The notes under the pieces were generated by a model. The model was not told the origin of the DNA, did no database searches, and saw nothing but the letters and a program-made list of their open reading frames with translations. Positions 35,201-44,631 of a stretch of 64,000 nucleotides of DNA are shown here, piece after piece (within the stretch, counting starts at the first letter, position 1; each line of letters starts with the position of its first letter). Both the position numbers and the translations under genes were made by a program. This DNA comes from a virus. The DNA is taken from IMG/VR virus record IMGVR_UViG_3300034358_000044, positions 96,001 through 160,000 of that record. One strand, given 5' to 3'.

Positions 35201-38200
35201 AGCCACCACCCCCAGTGCCGTCGTTCGCCTACAACAAGTTCGTGGCCATGCTGCGTGGAGCTGGACTCAACGTCACCAAGGAAGGCACTGGAGTCCGCCT
35301 TGTTCCGATGACGAACAAGGAGATTCTCCACCAGGCAGGGAATGGTCACAACCAGATCAGCGATGCCTCCAAGACGCTGCTCTCGAAGAACTTGAAGCCT
35401 GTGCCAGGGGGGCTCTTCGACCCCTACCTCACTGGTGGTATCGGTGGTGACAAGTGGTCCTACATGAAGCTGTCGGAGCCAGTTCCAAATCCGATGTTCT
35501 GTGGGGAGAATGTGAAGCCGGGTCCAGTGCCTGTGCTTCTCGGACTGAAGATTCAAGAGCTCGATGAGGTGATGCACGGCAAGCGCACCATCGACGGGAA
35601 GACTGGTGGGCATGCTGTCGAGGCCGCCCTCAAGAAGGTGGACGTCGATAAGGAGATCACGAAGCTTCGGACGGACCTTCCTTCCCTCAAGGGTTCGACC
35701 CTGGATCGGAGCAACAAGAAGTTGAAGTACCTCCTTGCCCTCAAGGACCAAGGCCTCAAGCCGCACGAGGCCTACATGATGCACAACATCCCCATCCTCC
35801 CGCCGAAGTTCCGCCCTGCAACGGCGACCCCTTCTGGTGATGTTAGCTACGCCCCCATCAACGGTCTCTACAAGAACATCTCCCTCATCAACGATGAGCT
35901 GAAGAACTTCGACAGCAAGACGTATTCGGAGGAGCACAAGGAGCCGTTGCGGTTGCAGCTCTGGGACTCCGTGAAGGCTCTTCAAGCGGTGGGCAATTAC
36001 AAGCCGGTCTATGACATGGACCAGAAGGGAGCTCGTGCGCTCCCAGGTATTCTCGACATCATCGGCCATGGAGGCATTGAGGGGCAGCCAAAGGAGGGCT
36101 ACTTCCAGAGCAAGCTGGTGAAGCGCAAGCTCGATCTCTCCATGCGCTCGACCATCGTGCCCGAGCCCAACCTCCACATCGACGAGATGGGGGTTCCCAA
36201 GGGAGCGGCGATGGAGTCCTACAAGCCGTTCGTTGTGGCGCAGCTCCATCGATGGGGGCAGACCGCCTTGGCTGCTCAGGACGAAATCAAGAGGGACACT
36301 CCGCTGGCCACCAAGGCACTGGAGAAGGTCTTCGAGGACCGCCCCATCCTCATCAAGAGAGATCCGGCTCTCCACAAGTTCTCGGTCATGGGGTTCAGGC
36401 CTAAGCTGGTAAGTGGCAAGGCCATTCAGATCCACCCTTTGGTGTGCGGTGGGTTCAACGCCGACTTCGATGGTGACACCATGGCCGCTACCATTCCCCT
36501 CTCCAAGGCGGCCGTGGAGGAGGCCAAGAAGATGTTCCCGTCCAAGAACCTCTTCAACCCAGGAAGTGGAAGGGTGATGTACGTCCTGGACCAGGAACAA
36601 ATTCTTGGTCTCCACTATATGACTCAATGGGGGAAGCAGACCGACAAGAAGTTTGGAACGATCGATGAGGTGAAGAAGGCACTCTCGAAGCACGAGATCG
36701 AGCCCACCGACATCATCTCCCTCAAGGATGCCCAGAAGCCGACCACTGCCGGTCGCTTGATGTTCGCAGCGACTCTTCCTTCCGGCTTCTCGGAGAACAA
36801 GGACATCCTGCACAACCCCAAGCTGGACATCACCAAGAAGTTCCTGGCTGACAACATCGCCACCAATCTGGCGAAGAACCACGTCAACCACTACGCCACT
36901 GCCATCGATGGGTTGAAGGATCTGGGTAACGAGTGGTCCTACAAGCTTGGAGTCTCTTTCGGCTTGAAGGACTTCGCCGTTCTTCCTGAGCGGGATGCCA
37001 TCCTCAAGGACGCTACCAAGGATGCGGCACACGCGACCAAGACGTTGAAACCGGGGACGGAGCTCGACAAGAGGCTCATCGAAATCTACTCCAAGGCAAC
37101 GGACAAGATTGACGCTGCAGCCAAGTCCAGCCTTGGTCGAAGTGACAACCGACTTGGACGGATGGTCTTCACCGGAGCTCGTGGAAAGTCGGAACAGCTC
37201 CGCCAGATGATTGCTGCACCGATGTTGGTGCAGGATGGTCTCAATAGGACTCTCACGACTCCAGTGATGAGGTCCTTCTCGGAGGGACTGGACCTGGGTG
37301 AGTACTGGTTGACGCAGAGCGGGGCTCGTAAGGGCACTCTTCAGCGTTCATCGGGTACTAGAGATCCGGGTGCGGCCTCCAAGGAGATTCTCAACTCGAC
37401 GATGTCCACCCTCATCACTTCCAATGACTGCAAGACGACGCAGGGCATCTTGCTGGACGTGAGTCACCCCGACATCCATGACAGGTTCCTAGCAGCCCCC
37501 TACAAGCTGAAGGACGGGGTGACCGTGAGAGAGGGGACACTCCTCACTCCTGAAATCACCGGCAAGCTGCGTGATCAGAAAGTCCTGGTGCGTTCCCCGC
37601 TCAAGTGTCAACACGGAGACGGCATCTGTGCCAAGTGTTTCGGCCTGAACGAGCGTGGGGTTCCACACGATGTTGGAACCAGTATCGGTGTTCTCGCTGG
37701 TCAGTCATTGGGAGAACGTGCGACCCAGCTTTCCATGAACGCCTTCCACACAGGAGGAGTCGCTTCTGGTGCCGGTTCTGAATCAGTGGACATGTTCACA
37801 CGACTCAAGCAAATCCTGGGCATGCCGAAGAAGCTGAAGAACCAAGCTACCATCTCTCAATCCTCTGGGAAAATTACCCAAGTCTCCAAGGATGCCGCAG
37901 GCGGAGTGAACATCACCATCAATGGAATTGGCCACAAGGTAGATACTGCCCTTGTGAACCCGAAGATGGTAGTAGGTACTGAGGTGAGGAAGGGGGAGGC
38001 TCTCTCTGGAGGACACATCAACCCTCTCCATCTTCTCAGCGTCACCAAGGATATTCATGCGGTCCAGAACTACATGACCAACGAACTTGATACCCTCTAC
38101 AACAAGGAAGGTGTCCGCCGACGCAACGTGGAAGTCGTCGTCCGTGCGCTCACCAACCTCACCAAGGTGAAGGACCCAGGCCACAGCGACTTCATTCATG

Positions 38201-38493
38201 GAGATGTTGCTCCCCGCTCGGTGGTTGAAGAGTACAACCGGACGCTCTCCAAGGGGCACAGGCCCATCGAGCACGAGCCCATTCTGAAGGGCATCACGGA
38301 GATACCGTCTCAGTCTTCCAACTGGCTGGGCCGGCTCAACTTCCAGGAGCTCCATTCCACGGTGCAGCAGGCGGCGGCCATGGGATTGAAGTCGGACCTT
38401 CACGGGAGCCACCCCATCCCCGGTATGGCCAGAGGGAGTGAGTTCGGTCTTCCACCTCCTGAGTTGAAGGCCAAGAAGCCCTACGTCTACTAG
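32221..38493 (+). CDS. rpoBC: single-chain fused beta-beta' multisubunit-type RNA polymerase, 2090 aa
   Basis: beta: GYNFEDG, GDKMSGRHGNKG, LNPSGVPTRMNVGQ, GGQGFG; beta': PILPPKFRP, KRDPALH, NADFDGD, RSPLKC...ICAKC, TQLSMNAFHTGG; no stop between the halves. Confidence 0.97.
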   Translation: MADTQTPEHSFEVLKTNTLKAIQSYFPYEGRKQRLVVENLRVDDHLSSDDIGSQSDAKDKEGTWGCPIKADVKLIDVATGKVIDTKKGTTLARLPKLTNRYGYIVGGNEYQVDHLFRLKSGAYTRVQDNGDLETEYNMKKGINGRGFSVKLDRLKKTFDLKLENTHVPLYPVLKSMGVSDDQLQEQWGKEIFEANKPKNDARFHSALKKFWDKTSEEGAAAPTDSAALAQHVINIFDQTAIHPDSTKITLGQSFHKVDGQALALGAMKVLGVSRGTLKPDDRDSLAFKEVASIEDFIPEKIERNAKSIKGRLRSMVENKKTISEILSPDLFNKPIREFFSKGGGVCERSDQTNPLQMLSANRKTTLMAKDFGGIKSDQTLTPEMKVVNASHFGFLDPMHTPESEKTGITLHLAANVRKVGKDLEAPVFNTHTGKEEYLKVADFHSAMAVLPDQVKWVGGKPVPISHDVKVKLPNGEIAVRPYKDAQYVMPSSKGLFNYASNMVPFLPCNNGNRVSMADKQMEQAIGLKHREEPLVQTKTDSLDPEHTFEKLVGHFTTARSPVEGKVISIKDGMIHVQGKDGKTEVHLYNHFPTNDPKGMLHSTPLVQVGDAVKKGQVLADSNYTKNGTLATGTNLRVGYVPYKGYNFEDGIVISESAAKKLTSEHLYKKNVEIDPDSDHISKDKFRAYSPVKASAMTKEQWDSIDDDGVIKPGTRVLPGQIMVAAIGKNVATKLTHSWGALGKRAIKPYKDKSLVWDEDHVGVVTKVVKESGGRGVKVYVKTEESALIGDKMSGRHGNKGIITQILPDHEMPFTTDEKGERQPLQVLLNPSGVPTRMNVGQLLETAAAKIAEKTGKPYIVNNFAGPGHDYRQQVLDDLKKHGLKDEEHVFDPNDPKRSIGSVLVGHQYMLKMVQQVEKKLTARGGGTDVQGKALAYDSDMQPTKGGERGGQGFGQLEMYSLLGHDARHNIREMATYKSDMQDANFWSMVQNGKEPPPPVPSFAYNKFVAMLRGAGLNVTKEGTGVRLVPMTNKEILHQAGNGHNQISDASKTLLSKNLKPVPGGLFDPYLTGGIGGDKWSYMKLSEPVPNPMFCGENVKPGPVPVLLGLKIQELDEVMHGKRTIDGKTGGHAVEAALKKVDVDKEITKLRTDLPSLKGSTLDRSNKKLKYLLALKDQGLKPHEAYMMHNIPILPPKFRPATATPSGDVSYAPINGLYKNISLINDELKNFDSKTYSEEHKEPLRLQLWDSVKALQAVGNYKPVYDMDQKGARALPGILDIIGHGGIEGQPKEGYFQSKLVKRKLDLSMRSTIVPEPNLHIDEMGVPKGAAMESYKPFVVAQLHRWGQTALAAQDEIKRDTPLATKALEKVFEDRPILIKRDPALHKFSVMGFRPKLVSGKAIQIHPLVCGGFNADFDGDTMAATIPLSKAAVEEAKKMFPSKNLFNPGSGRVMYVLDQEQILGLHYMTQWGKQTDKKFGTIDEVKKALSKHEIEPTDIISLKDAQKPTTAGRLMFAATLPSGFSENKDILHNPKLDITKKFLADNIATNLAKNHVNHYATAIDGLKDLGNEWSYKLGVSFGLKDFAVLPERDAILKDATKDAAHATKTLKPGTELDKRLIEIYSKATDKIDAAAKSSLGRSDNRLGRMVFTGARGKSEQLRQMIAAPMLVQDGLNRTLTTPVMRSFSEGLDLGEYWLTQSGARKGTLQRSSGTRDPGAASKEILNSTMSTLITSNDCKTTQGILLDVSHPDIHDRFLAAPYKLKDGVTVREGTLLTPEITGKLRDQKVLVRSPLKCQHGDGICAKCFGLNERGVPHDVGTSIGVLAGQSLGERATQLSMNAFHTGGVASGAGSESVDMFTRLKQILGMPKKLKNQATISQSSGKITQVSKDAAGGVNITINGIGHKVDTALVNPKMVVGTEVRKGEALSGGHINPLHLLSVTKDIHAVQNYMTNELDTLYNKEGVRRRNVEVVVRALTNLTKVKDPGHSDFIHGDVAPRSVVEEYNRTLSKGHRPIEHEPILKGITEIPSQSSNWLGRLNFQELHSTVQQAAAMGLKSDLHGSHPIPGMARGSEFGLPPPELKAKKPYVY

Positions 38494-38505
38494 TTGGAGT
38501 TCTTT

Positions 38506-39585
38506 GTGGCCCCTATCAGCTCCAAGACTCGCGCCGCATATGTCCACCAGGCGAAGATCATCGACGTCAACATCGCTAACTGGACCGTCTCCGTGGCGAC
38601 CCAGTTCGCTGACAAGCCGTTGACTGACATCCCCTTCGCGGTCCCGTACCTTCACCCCAACAACGGAGAGGGCATCTACTTCATGCCCGAGGTTGGGTCG
38701 GTCTGTTGGCTCTGTGAGCCCTCTGATGGGAACAAGCCCTTCGTGTTGGCGTGGGCTCCTCCCTCCGTAGATGGCACTGGGCAGTTCCGAGCTCATCGCC
38801 AGGATTTGAGCCCAGGAGACATCTGGCTGGGGACTCGTGACGAAAACTTCCTGATTCTTCGAAGAGGTGGGGTCGTCCAGATTGGTGGGACAGGTCTCTG
38901 TCAAAGGCTGTTCCTGCCCATCAACAACACCATCAAGGACTTCTGTGAGAACTACTCGCTCAACACCATCGGGGGCGACTTGGAGTGGGTCGTCAAGAGG
39001 GTGGAAACAGACACGACGGGAGACCGTCCTGCTCTTCTGACGTTGAGCGCCAAGGCTTTTGCGAATGACGAGCAGCCCATCGCCACTCTCAAAATCGGTT
39101 CCCACGATGGAGACAAGAAGACTATTCTATCCCTTGCGATTCATGCGTCAGGTGCGCAGGGAGCTGATACCGTCATCAGTCTCAAGATGACCAACGAAGG
39201 AAACGTCATCTGGGAAGTTGAGAAGGACGTGAGCTTGACCATCAAGGGGAAGGTGACCGTTGATGCCAAGGGCGAGGTGAAGTTCACTGCTGGCAACAAG
39301 TTCACTCTCGACGTGAAAGACAAGTTGGCCCTGAAGGCGAAGGGCATTGACGTGGACGCAGGTGGGAAGAACATCGACGTCAAGGCGGACAAGGTGACGG
39401 TCGCAGCCGAGGTCATCGTGAACAGCGGAGTCAAAGGGGTGTGGCTTGCTGATGACGCCTTCATCTCTTGGATCGCCACGCACACTCACACGTCAGCGCC
39501 TACTGGAAGTCCCACTTCTCCTGCGGTTCCTCCGTATTCTGCAGTTCCAGGGACAAGTTACGCCACGATGTTGAAGGCTAAGTGA
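38506..39585 (+). CDS. baseplate central spike (P2 gpV / Mu gp45-like)
   Basis: GTG 38506 with GGAG RBS; OB-fold-like N-terminus (YFMPEVGS), beta-helix-like repeats, terminal HTH (HxH) motif. Confidence 0.75.
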   Translation: MAPISSKTRAAYVHQAKIIDVNIANWTVSVATQFADKPLTDIPFAVPYLHPNNGEGIYFMPEVGSVCWLCEPSDGNKPFVLAWAPPSVDGTGQFRAHRQDLSPGDIWLGTRDENFLILRRGGVVQIGGTGLCQRLFLPINNTIKDFCENYSLNTIGGDLEWVVKRVETDTTGDRPALLTLSAKAFANDEQPIATLKIGSHDGDKKTILSLAIHASGAQGADTVISLKMTNEGNVIWEVEKDVSLTIKGKVTVDAKGEVKFTAGNKFTLDVKDKLALKAKGIDVDAGGKNIDVKADKVTVAAEVIVNSGVKGVWLADDAFISWIATHTHTSAPTGSPTSPAVPPYSAVPGTSYATMLKAK

Positions 39586-39595
39586 GGAGCATCAG

Positions 39596-42184
39596 ATGAA
39601 CCTGTACCTCGACGAACTTCCCGAGCTCGATGATGGATTCCGCAAGATGGCCGGGTTCGCCACCAGGCTCTCTGAGACCCCTGAGAACTGGCCCCAGGAG
39701 CTCACCAGCGAGCTCTACAAGCAGCTCCCCTACCTGTCGGACTACGACGTCAACGTGAACCTGGATCGCGTGGAGCCCAACCGTGGCTTCGCCTTCGGGT
39801 ACGCCGACGTGGCCAACAAGACGGAGCGGCCCGAGGTGGAGCACGAAGAGACCGGTCTGCCCCACATTCGCATCCCCATCGTGGTGATGGAGCGGGCGGC
39901 CAAGCCTTTCTCCATCTTCCTCGACGGTGAGAAGGTGATGCCTCTCACCGAGGAGCGCATCCGGGAGACTCTCTTCAACCCGGCCACCTTCGACCTCTCC
40001 ACCTCCCCTCCCAGGGACCCGAGTCTCGTCGAGGCGACCATGCCCCCTCAGCGTTCCGGTATGGGTATGGGTGGTGAGTACAAGATGGCTTCTGCTGACC
40101 TCGCCCGACTCAGCCCTGAGGAGCGTTTCGTTTACGAAGCGCAGATGGAGAAGAGGGCCTTGATCGGGGCTGATGATCTCGTCGGTGGGGCCATCGGCTA
40201 CCACTACGGAAAGAAACAGAGAAAGCGTGGGGAAGAACACACCTTCGGAGTCCCACAAGTGGCGAGCGCCTTTGTTCCAGGAGGCCTCGGCTACCAGTTT
40301 GGTCGCTACTTGGGGCACAACGACCGCGATACCGTAAAGGGGAGCGACAAGGAGAAGAAGAGTGAAGCCACCCCTGCGGAACTGGCGGCGCATGACAGGG
40401 CCGTCATCCGTCTTGGGAATGAAGATCCAGTTCACAGATTCACGAACCACCCAGCCACCGCTCCGGTGATTGGGGCTCTTGTTGGTGGTGCTGCCGGGTT
40501 TAATGAGTTCGGAAATCCCCGTGCGGCCCTCGGTATGGCCGGTGTTGGTGCAGCAAGCGCCTATGCTGGAAGCAAGCTCGGGAAGTACATCGGTACGGCA
40601 GGGGCGCGTACTGAGACGATGAGGAACCTCGCCAAGAAGCACAACCCCAAGTACGTCAAGTACCTGGCCGAAGAGATGGAGAAGAAAAGCTCTCTTCTTC
40701 TCGCCATCGCACCGACTCTTCGTGAGCGGGACGTCGAAGCCTTCGTGGACAAGGTGGCCAACGACCAGACCCTCATCGCCGGCTTCAAGCGCAGCGGCAT
40801 CTCTCCTGTGCTGGTGGAGGCCTTCGAGAACACCAAGAGGGCTTCGGCTGAGGACAGGCTCGATGCACTGGCGGACTCGGTGGAGCCCACCGTGGTGACC
40901 TTCCAGAAGCTCCCTGGTGGGGACTTCCTGGTGAAGAGCGCCAACGTCCACGCCTTCATCGAGAAGACTGCAGAGGGGGAGGTCGTCCCTGGGCAGGAGG
41001 TGGGGCAGGCCATCGGGCAGGGGCAGGCCCAGGCGATGCAGCCTGGTCAGACGGCCACGGCAGTCTCCGAGCCGGTCCCAGAGGAGGCAGTCGAACCTCA
41101 GGAGAAGTCCAACGTGAAGCCGGTGGAAGAGTTCGGTCAGTACAAGACCTTGGACTCCATGGGCAACAGCGTCATGGGACATGTCTTCCCAACTACCCTC
41201 TCCTGGGACGGCTCCTTCAGCGAGCAGCCCATCGCGCTCTTCACGAATGGTTCCGCCTACGCCATGCAGGACTCCATCCTGGGTGAGCTCGTCGGTAAGG
41301 GGACCAATCTTCCAGATGATGAGCCACGTGGGGACGGGGCCTTCTACAAGGTGGAAGGTGGAGATGCGGTAGCAACTGGACCTGTCACAATCGGATCCAG
41401 TGCAGCGGGGCCGGACGGGCTACCGCATCTCCAGGCGACGGACTCCTTCGGCAATGCTCTGCAAATCATCCAGATGGAGGGCCTCACGGAGCCCCAGCGC
41501 ATCAGCGACATCGAGATGGCCATCCCGAAGAGCTGGAAGTTCATGAGGCTCAACAACCAGACCCAGCTCCAGGGTGGTGGCGGTGAGGAACAGTCTGAGA
41601 CGACTGAGGCTGGAGGGATGAAGGAGGTGCAGGCCTCGGCCACCCTCTTCTTCAATGGCAGCTACAACATCGAGGGGCAGTGCGGACTGGAGAAGATCTC
41701 CGAGTCCCTGCGCTACGACCTCGATCCTGTGTCGGCGGAGTTCATGCTCGGCGTCCTGGGCGTGGACGGTGCCACCGCCAAGATGAAGGTGGCCGAGGCC
41801 CGCAGGTACGGCCATGTGAAGCTGGCCAACCTGAAGACCATCACCACCATGGGAGAGCGCTACACCACCTCGGTGAAGACCGCCTCGGCCCTCCTGCGAC
41901 AGATGCCCGACCTGAGGAGGAACCTCATCAAGGAGGCTGCCGCGCTTCAGGACGAAGGCACGGTTGACAACATCCTCGCGCTCAACTTCATCAACCCGGA
42001 GAACCTCTCCACCTTCATCAGCTACATCCCCAACCTGGAAGAGACTTCCGAGAAGTTGGCGGAGATGCTCCTCTACTCCTACCTCGGTATGAAGGAGATC
42101 GGCGAGGGAGCGGTGGAGCACGCCATGAAGGGACTGGAAGAGGTGCTGGTGGGTCTGAAGTCCCTGGCTCAGACCGAGGGCTGA
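39596..42184 (+). CDS. large probable virion protein with K-x-A/S motifs and a variable insert
   Basis: 862 aa; KMA, KMAS, EKRA, EKKSS, EKTA, KTAS. Confidence 0.6.
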   Translation: MNLYLDELPELDDGFRKMAGFATRLSETPENWPQELTSELYKQLPYLSDYDVNVNLDRVEPNRGFAFGYADVANKTERPEVEHEETGLPHIRIPIVVMERAAKPFSIFLDGEKVMPLTEERIRETLFNPATFDLSTSPPRDPSLVEATMPPQRSGMGMGGEYKMASADLARLSPEERFVYEAQMEKRALIGADDLVGGAIGYHYGKKQRKRGEEHTFGVPQVASAFVPGGLGYQFGRYLGHNDRDTVKGSDKEKKSEATPAELAAHDRAVIRLGNEDPVHRFTNHPATAPVIGALVGGAAGFNEFGNPRAALGMAGVGAASAYAGSKLGKYIGTAGARTETMRNLAKKHNPKYVKYLAEEMEKKSSLLLAIAPTLRERDVEAFVDKVANDQTLIAGFKRSGISPVLVEAFENTKRASAEDRLDALADSVEPTVVTFQKLPGGDFLVKSANVHAFIEKTAEGEVVPGQEVGQAIGQGQAQAMQPGQTATAVSEPVPEEAVEPQEKSNVKPVEEFGQYKTLDSMGNSVMGHVFPTTLSWDGSFSEQPIALFTNGSAYAMQDSILGELVGKGTNLPDDEPRGDGAFYKVEGGDAVATGPVTIGSSAAGPDGLPHLQATDSFGNALQIIQMEGLTEPQRISDIEMAIPKSWKFMRLNNQTQLQGGGGEEQSETTEAGGMKEVQASATLFFNGSYNIEGQCGLEKISESLRYDLDPVSAEFMLGVLGVDGATAKMKVAEARRYGHVKLANLKTITTMGERYTTSVKTASALLRQMPDLRRNLIKEAAALQDEGTVDNILALNFINPENLSTFISYIPNLEETSEKLAEMLLYSYLGMKEIGEGAVEHAMKGLEEVLVGLKSLAQTEG

Positions 42185-42185
42185 C

Positions 42186-43043
42186 ATGCGGCATCCCGCT
42201 GAGTACTACATCCGGTCTCTCATCATTCGGGACCCTACCCTGACGGATGCCCAGATCCTCCGGGAGCTGGAGCAGAGGGGCTTCCTGGAGCCGCAGACGA
42301 CCTACCTGGGCTTCCTGCGCCAGGAACTCGCAGCAACCCCACCACCGCAGGTGTTCGACCCCTTCAACCGGCAGCATCGCCCCTCGATGCAGTACCTGAG
42401 GGACCAGCAGGTGTACGAGATGTTCTTCCCCACTCCTGGAGTGGAGGAGGCACAGAACTACCTGTCAGACCCCAACAAGAGGATGCAGGTCGAACAAGTC
42501 ATCCTCTCTCGGGTCAACATCAAGATGGTGCTTCCTAAGGTGAACAGGAAGCACGACTGGTTCCTCACTGAAGAAGGCATCATCAGCTACCGCCACTTCT
42601 TCTGGAACCTGAAGCTCCTCACCTTCGATCAATGGGGACGGTACCTGTACGAGCGCAGTGCGCTCTACGCCAGGTACATGGCGCTCCTGCAGTCGGACAC
42701 CAAGCTGGCGCTCTTCCATCTCAGGTTGGACCAGCAGATCGACTCCAAGAGGATGATTCAGAGGGCGCAGGAGATTGCCTACTTCTCCCTCGAAGAGGTG
42801 AATCAGATTCCTGGAGTGAGCTCGGACAAGATCAAGGCCATCGGCATCTTGGGCAAGGCCATCACCGACTGTCACAACGCCCTCTCCACTTCCGACATGG
42901 CGCTCTCTGGAGTTCTGAAGGAGTTCGAGAAGTTCCGCATGGAGCACCCGCTCGCCCCTCCTCCCAACATCCACACTCTCTCTCCAGGAAGCAACTACTC
43001 GGGTAGTGGAATCAACTCCGAGGAGAAGGACGGGGTCAACTGA
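42186..43043 (+). CDS. hypothetical protein
   Basis: 285 aa, strong GC3 bias, packed in the operon. Confidence 0.75.
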   Translation: MRHPAEYYIRSLIIRDPTLTDAQILRELEQRGFLEPQTTYLGFLRQELAATPPPQVFDPFNRQHRPSMQYLRDQQVYEMFFPTPGVEEAQNYLSDPNKRMQVEQVILSRVNIKMVLPKVNRKHDWFLTEEGIISYRHFFWNLKLLTFDQWGRYLYERSALYARYMALLQSDTKLALFHLRLDQQIDSKRMIQRAQEIAYFSLEEVNQIPGVSSDKIKAIGILGKAITDCHNALSTSDMALSGVLKEFEKFRMEHPLAPPPNIHTLSPGSNYSGSGINSEEKDGVN

Positions 43044-43044
43044 C

Positions 43045-43728
43045 ATGCATCCTCGGACTCTGTCAGCCTTCCAGAACGAGATGCGGAAGATGGCTTACGT
43101 GTCGTCTTCCGCCAAGCTCCTTGAAGTTGATGGAGTCCCGTTGTTGGAGAAGTACCTGGATCGCCAGGCCATGGAGAAGCTGTCCAAGGCAGAGGACGAC
43201 GATGGTTTCAACTTCTTCGAGCGCCACCCCAAGAAGATTCTTGGTGGTGCAGCACTTGCTGCAGGGACGGGGCTGTACCTCCTGAGCAGACGTAAGACTC
43301 CCAAGGTTCAGCCGAAAACGGTCCTGGAAGAGGCCAAGCAGGCGACGCACCCCGTAGCAGAGTCCCTACCGACGCCTTCAGTCCCCAAGGCCAGGGTTGA
43401 GGCGGTACTTCCCAAGTCCTCTCCCAAGGCCCCAGCGAAGCCTGGGAAGCAGGTAGAGGTGATGCTTCAGGGGAAGCCCGTCAAGCTCACCACGGAACGA
43501 AGTGAGCACGATTGGGTGGCAAGGGGACCGAATGCCGATAAGCCCCGAGTTGAGGGCTATCGACGAGACTCCAAAGCCCCAGTTCCTCGCCACCCCAGGG
43601 GACGGCATTTGAATCTTCAGGATGCATCCAAGATGGAGCGCCCACTCGAAGATGAGCAGGTACTTCTGAAGAAGTTCGGAATGGCCCGGCTTGCTTCTTT
43701 GGGGGCCATGTTCTACGTAGGTTCTTGA
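43045..43728 (+). CDS. leader-bearing protein with one hydrophobic segment
   Basis: MHPRTLSAFQNEMRKMA leader; ILGGAALAAGTGLYLL. Confidence 0.7.
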   Translation: MHPRTLSAFQNEMRKMAYVSSSAKLLEVDGVPLLEKYLDRQAMEKLSKAEDDDGFNFFERHPKKILGGAALAAGTGLYLLSRRKTPKVQPKTVLEEAKQATHPVAESLPTPSVPKARVEAVLPKSSPKAPAKPGKQVEVMLQGKPVKLTTERSEHDWVARGPNADKPRVEGYRRDSKAPVPRHPRGRHLNLQDASKMERPLEDEQVLLKKFGMARLASLGAMFYVGS

Positions 43729-43737
43729 GGTAGCTCT

Positions 43738-44214
43738 ATGCCCTGGATCGAGAAGAACAGCGAGACCAACGAAGTCGCGTCCCCCAACGACATCAGGTCG
43801 AAGACTCTGGACCATGCACGTGAAGAGGGACTGCCGGTCATCACCAAGGAGGTCGAGGCCGGCACCAAGCCCTTCGACCCTATCCAGTTTCAGCCCGTGA
43901 AGAGCCCCGGCATCTACGACGCGGAGTTCGGCGTGAAGGGTGCCGACGTCATCTTCCACTTCTGGCCCTCCGGTTACCACGTCGCTCAGAGACGTGGAGT
44001 GGTGACGCCGAGGTTCAAGCAGGGGTTCGAGCTCGCCCTTCGACGCACCATGGGGGACGTGTTCGACACCAACCGTGTCTTCATCGACGAGGACAAGGAC
44101 ATGGGGGCGCTCTTCGTGAAGGCCAGTGGGTGGGGCGAGGCCCAGTTCCACCGGGACCTCTGCATCAAGGCCTGCGAGAAGCTTCACGCTGCCATGGGTG
44201 GCGAGCCGGGCTGA
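43738..44214 (+). CDS. hypothetical protein
   Basis: 158 aa, GAGG RBS. Confidence 0.75.
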   Translation: MPWIEKNSETNEVASPNDIRSKTLDHAREEGLPVITKEVEAGTKPFDPIQFQPVKSPGIYDAEFGVKGADVIFHFWPSGYHVAQRRGVVTPRFKQGFELALRRTMGDVFDTNRVFIDEDKDMGALFVKASGWGEAQFHRDLCIKACEKLHAAMGGEPG

Positions 44215-44225
44215 GGGCTAAGAAA

Positions 44226-44261
44226 CTGGGGTACGTCCCCAGTCCCCTACTGCTACAGCAG
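44226..44261. terminator. two short hairpins between convergent genes
   Basis: CTGGGG-TACGT-CCCCAG and CTGCTACAGCAG. Confidence 0.4.
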
Positions 44262-44266
44262 GCCGA

Positions 44267-44551
44267 CTACGGAATTGCGAGCTGGTAGAGTCGGTCCAAG
44301 ACGAGCTTCTCCTGCTCCGAGTTGAACTCCACCACAGTGCTGGTCTTGCAGAGCCCAAAGGGACCTACAGCTCCCTTGCCCTGCTCGCCCCAGTCCGAGG
44401 TCTCACGTCCCACCTTCACGCCACCGGCCAGGGACTTGAGAAGCTTGTAGATGAGCCTCCCCAGCTTCCTGTTGTCGATGTCGTTCGGAGTAGAGCTCCA
44501 CATCCGGTAGTTGATGAGGAACTCTGCAATCGGCTTCCTTACTCGTGTCAT
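44267..44551 (-). CDS. small hypothetical protein
   Basis: 94 aa, downstream of promoter site 3. Confidence 0.65.
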   Translation of the reverse strand: MTRVRKPIAEFLINYRMWSSTPNDIDNRKLGRLIYKLLKSLAGGVKVGRETSDWGEQGKGAVGPFGLCKTSTVVEFNSEQEKLVLDRLYQLAIP

Positions 44552-44602
44552 TGTTTGGTCCCTTCAGAGCCGCAACAAATAGAGACGGAATTGTCTCTAC
44601 AA

Positions 44603-44631
44603 CCTTATGCCGAAGCGTGGTGCAGAGTTGC
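44603..44631 (-). promoter_or_regulatory. candidate phage promoter GCAA-N16-GGCATAAGG (site 3)
   Basis: CCTTATGCC 44603-44611 and TTGC 44628-44631; lies between two minus-strand genes, which fixes the orientation. Confidence 0.65.

Noticed and set aside
34747-37032. Long antisense ORFs (e.g. 34747..37032, 13732..15249, 39578..41182, 56342..58276)
   Set aside because: Shadow ORFs from GC3 bias opposite real genes; no motifs or RBS
38494-38505. TTG start at 38494 for the spike gene
   Set aside because: GGAG at 38496-38499 is correctly spaced for GTG 38506 instead
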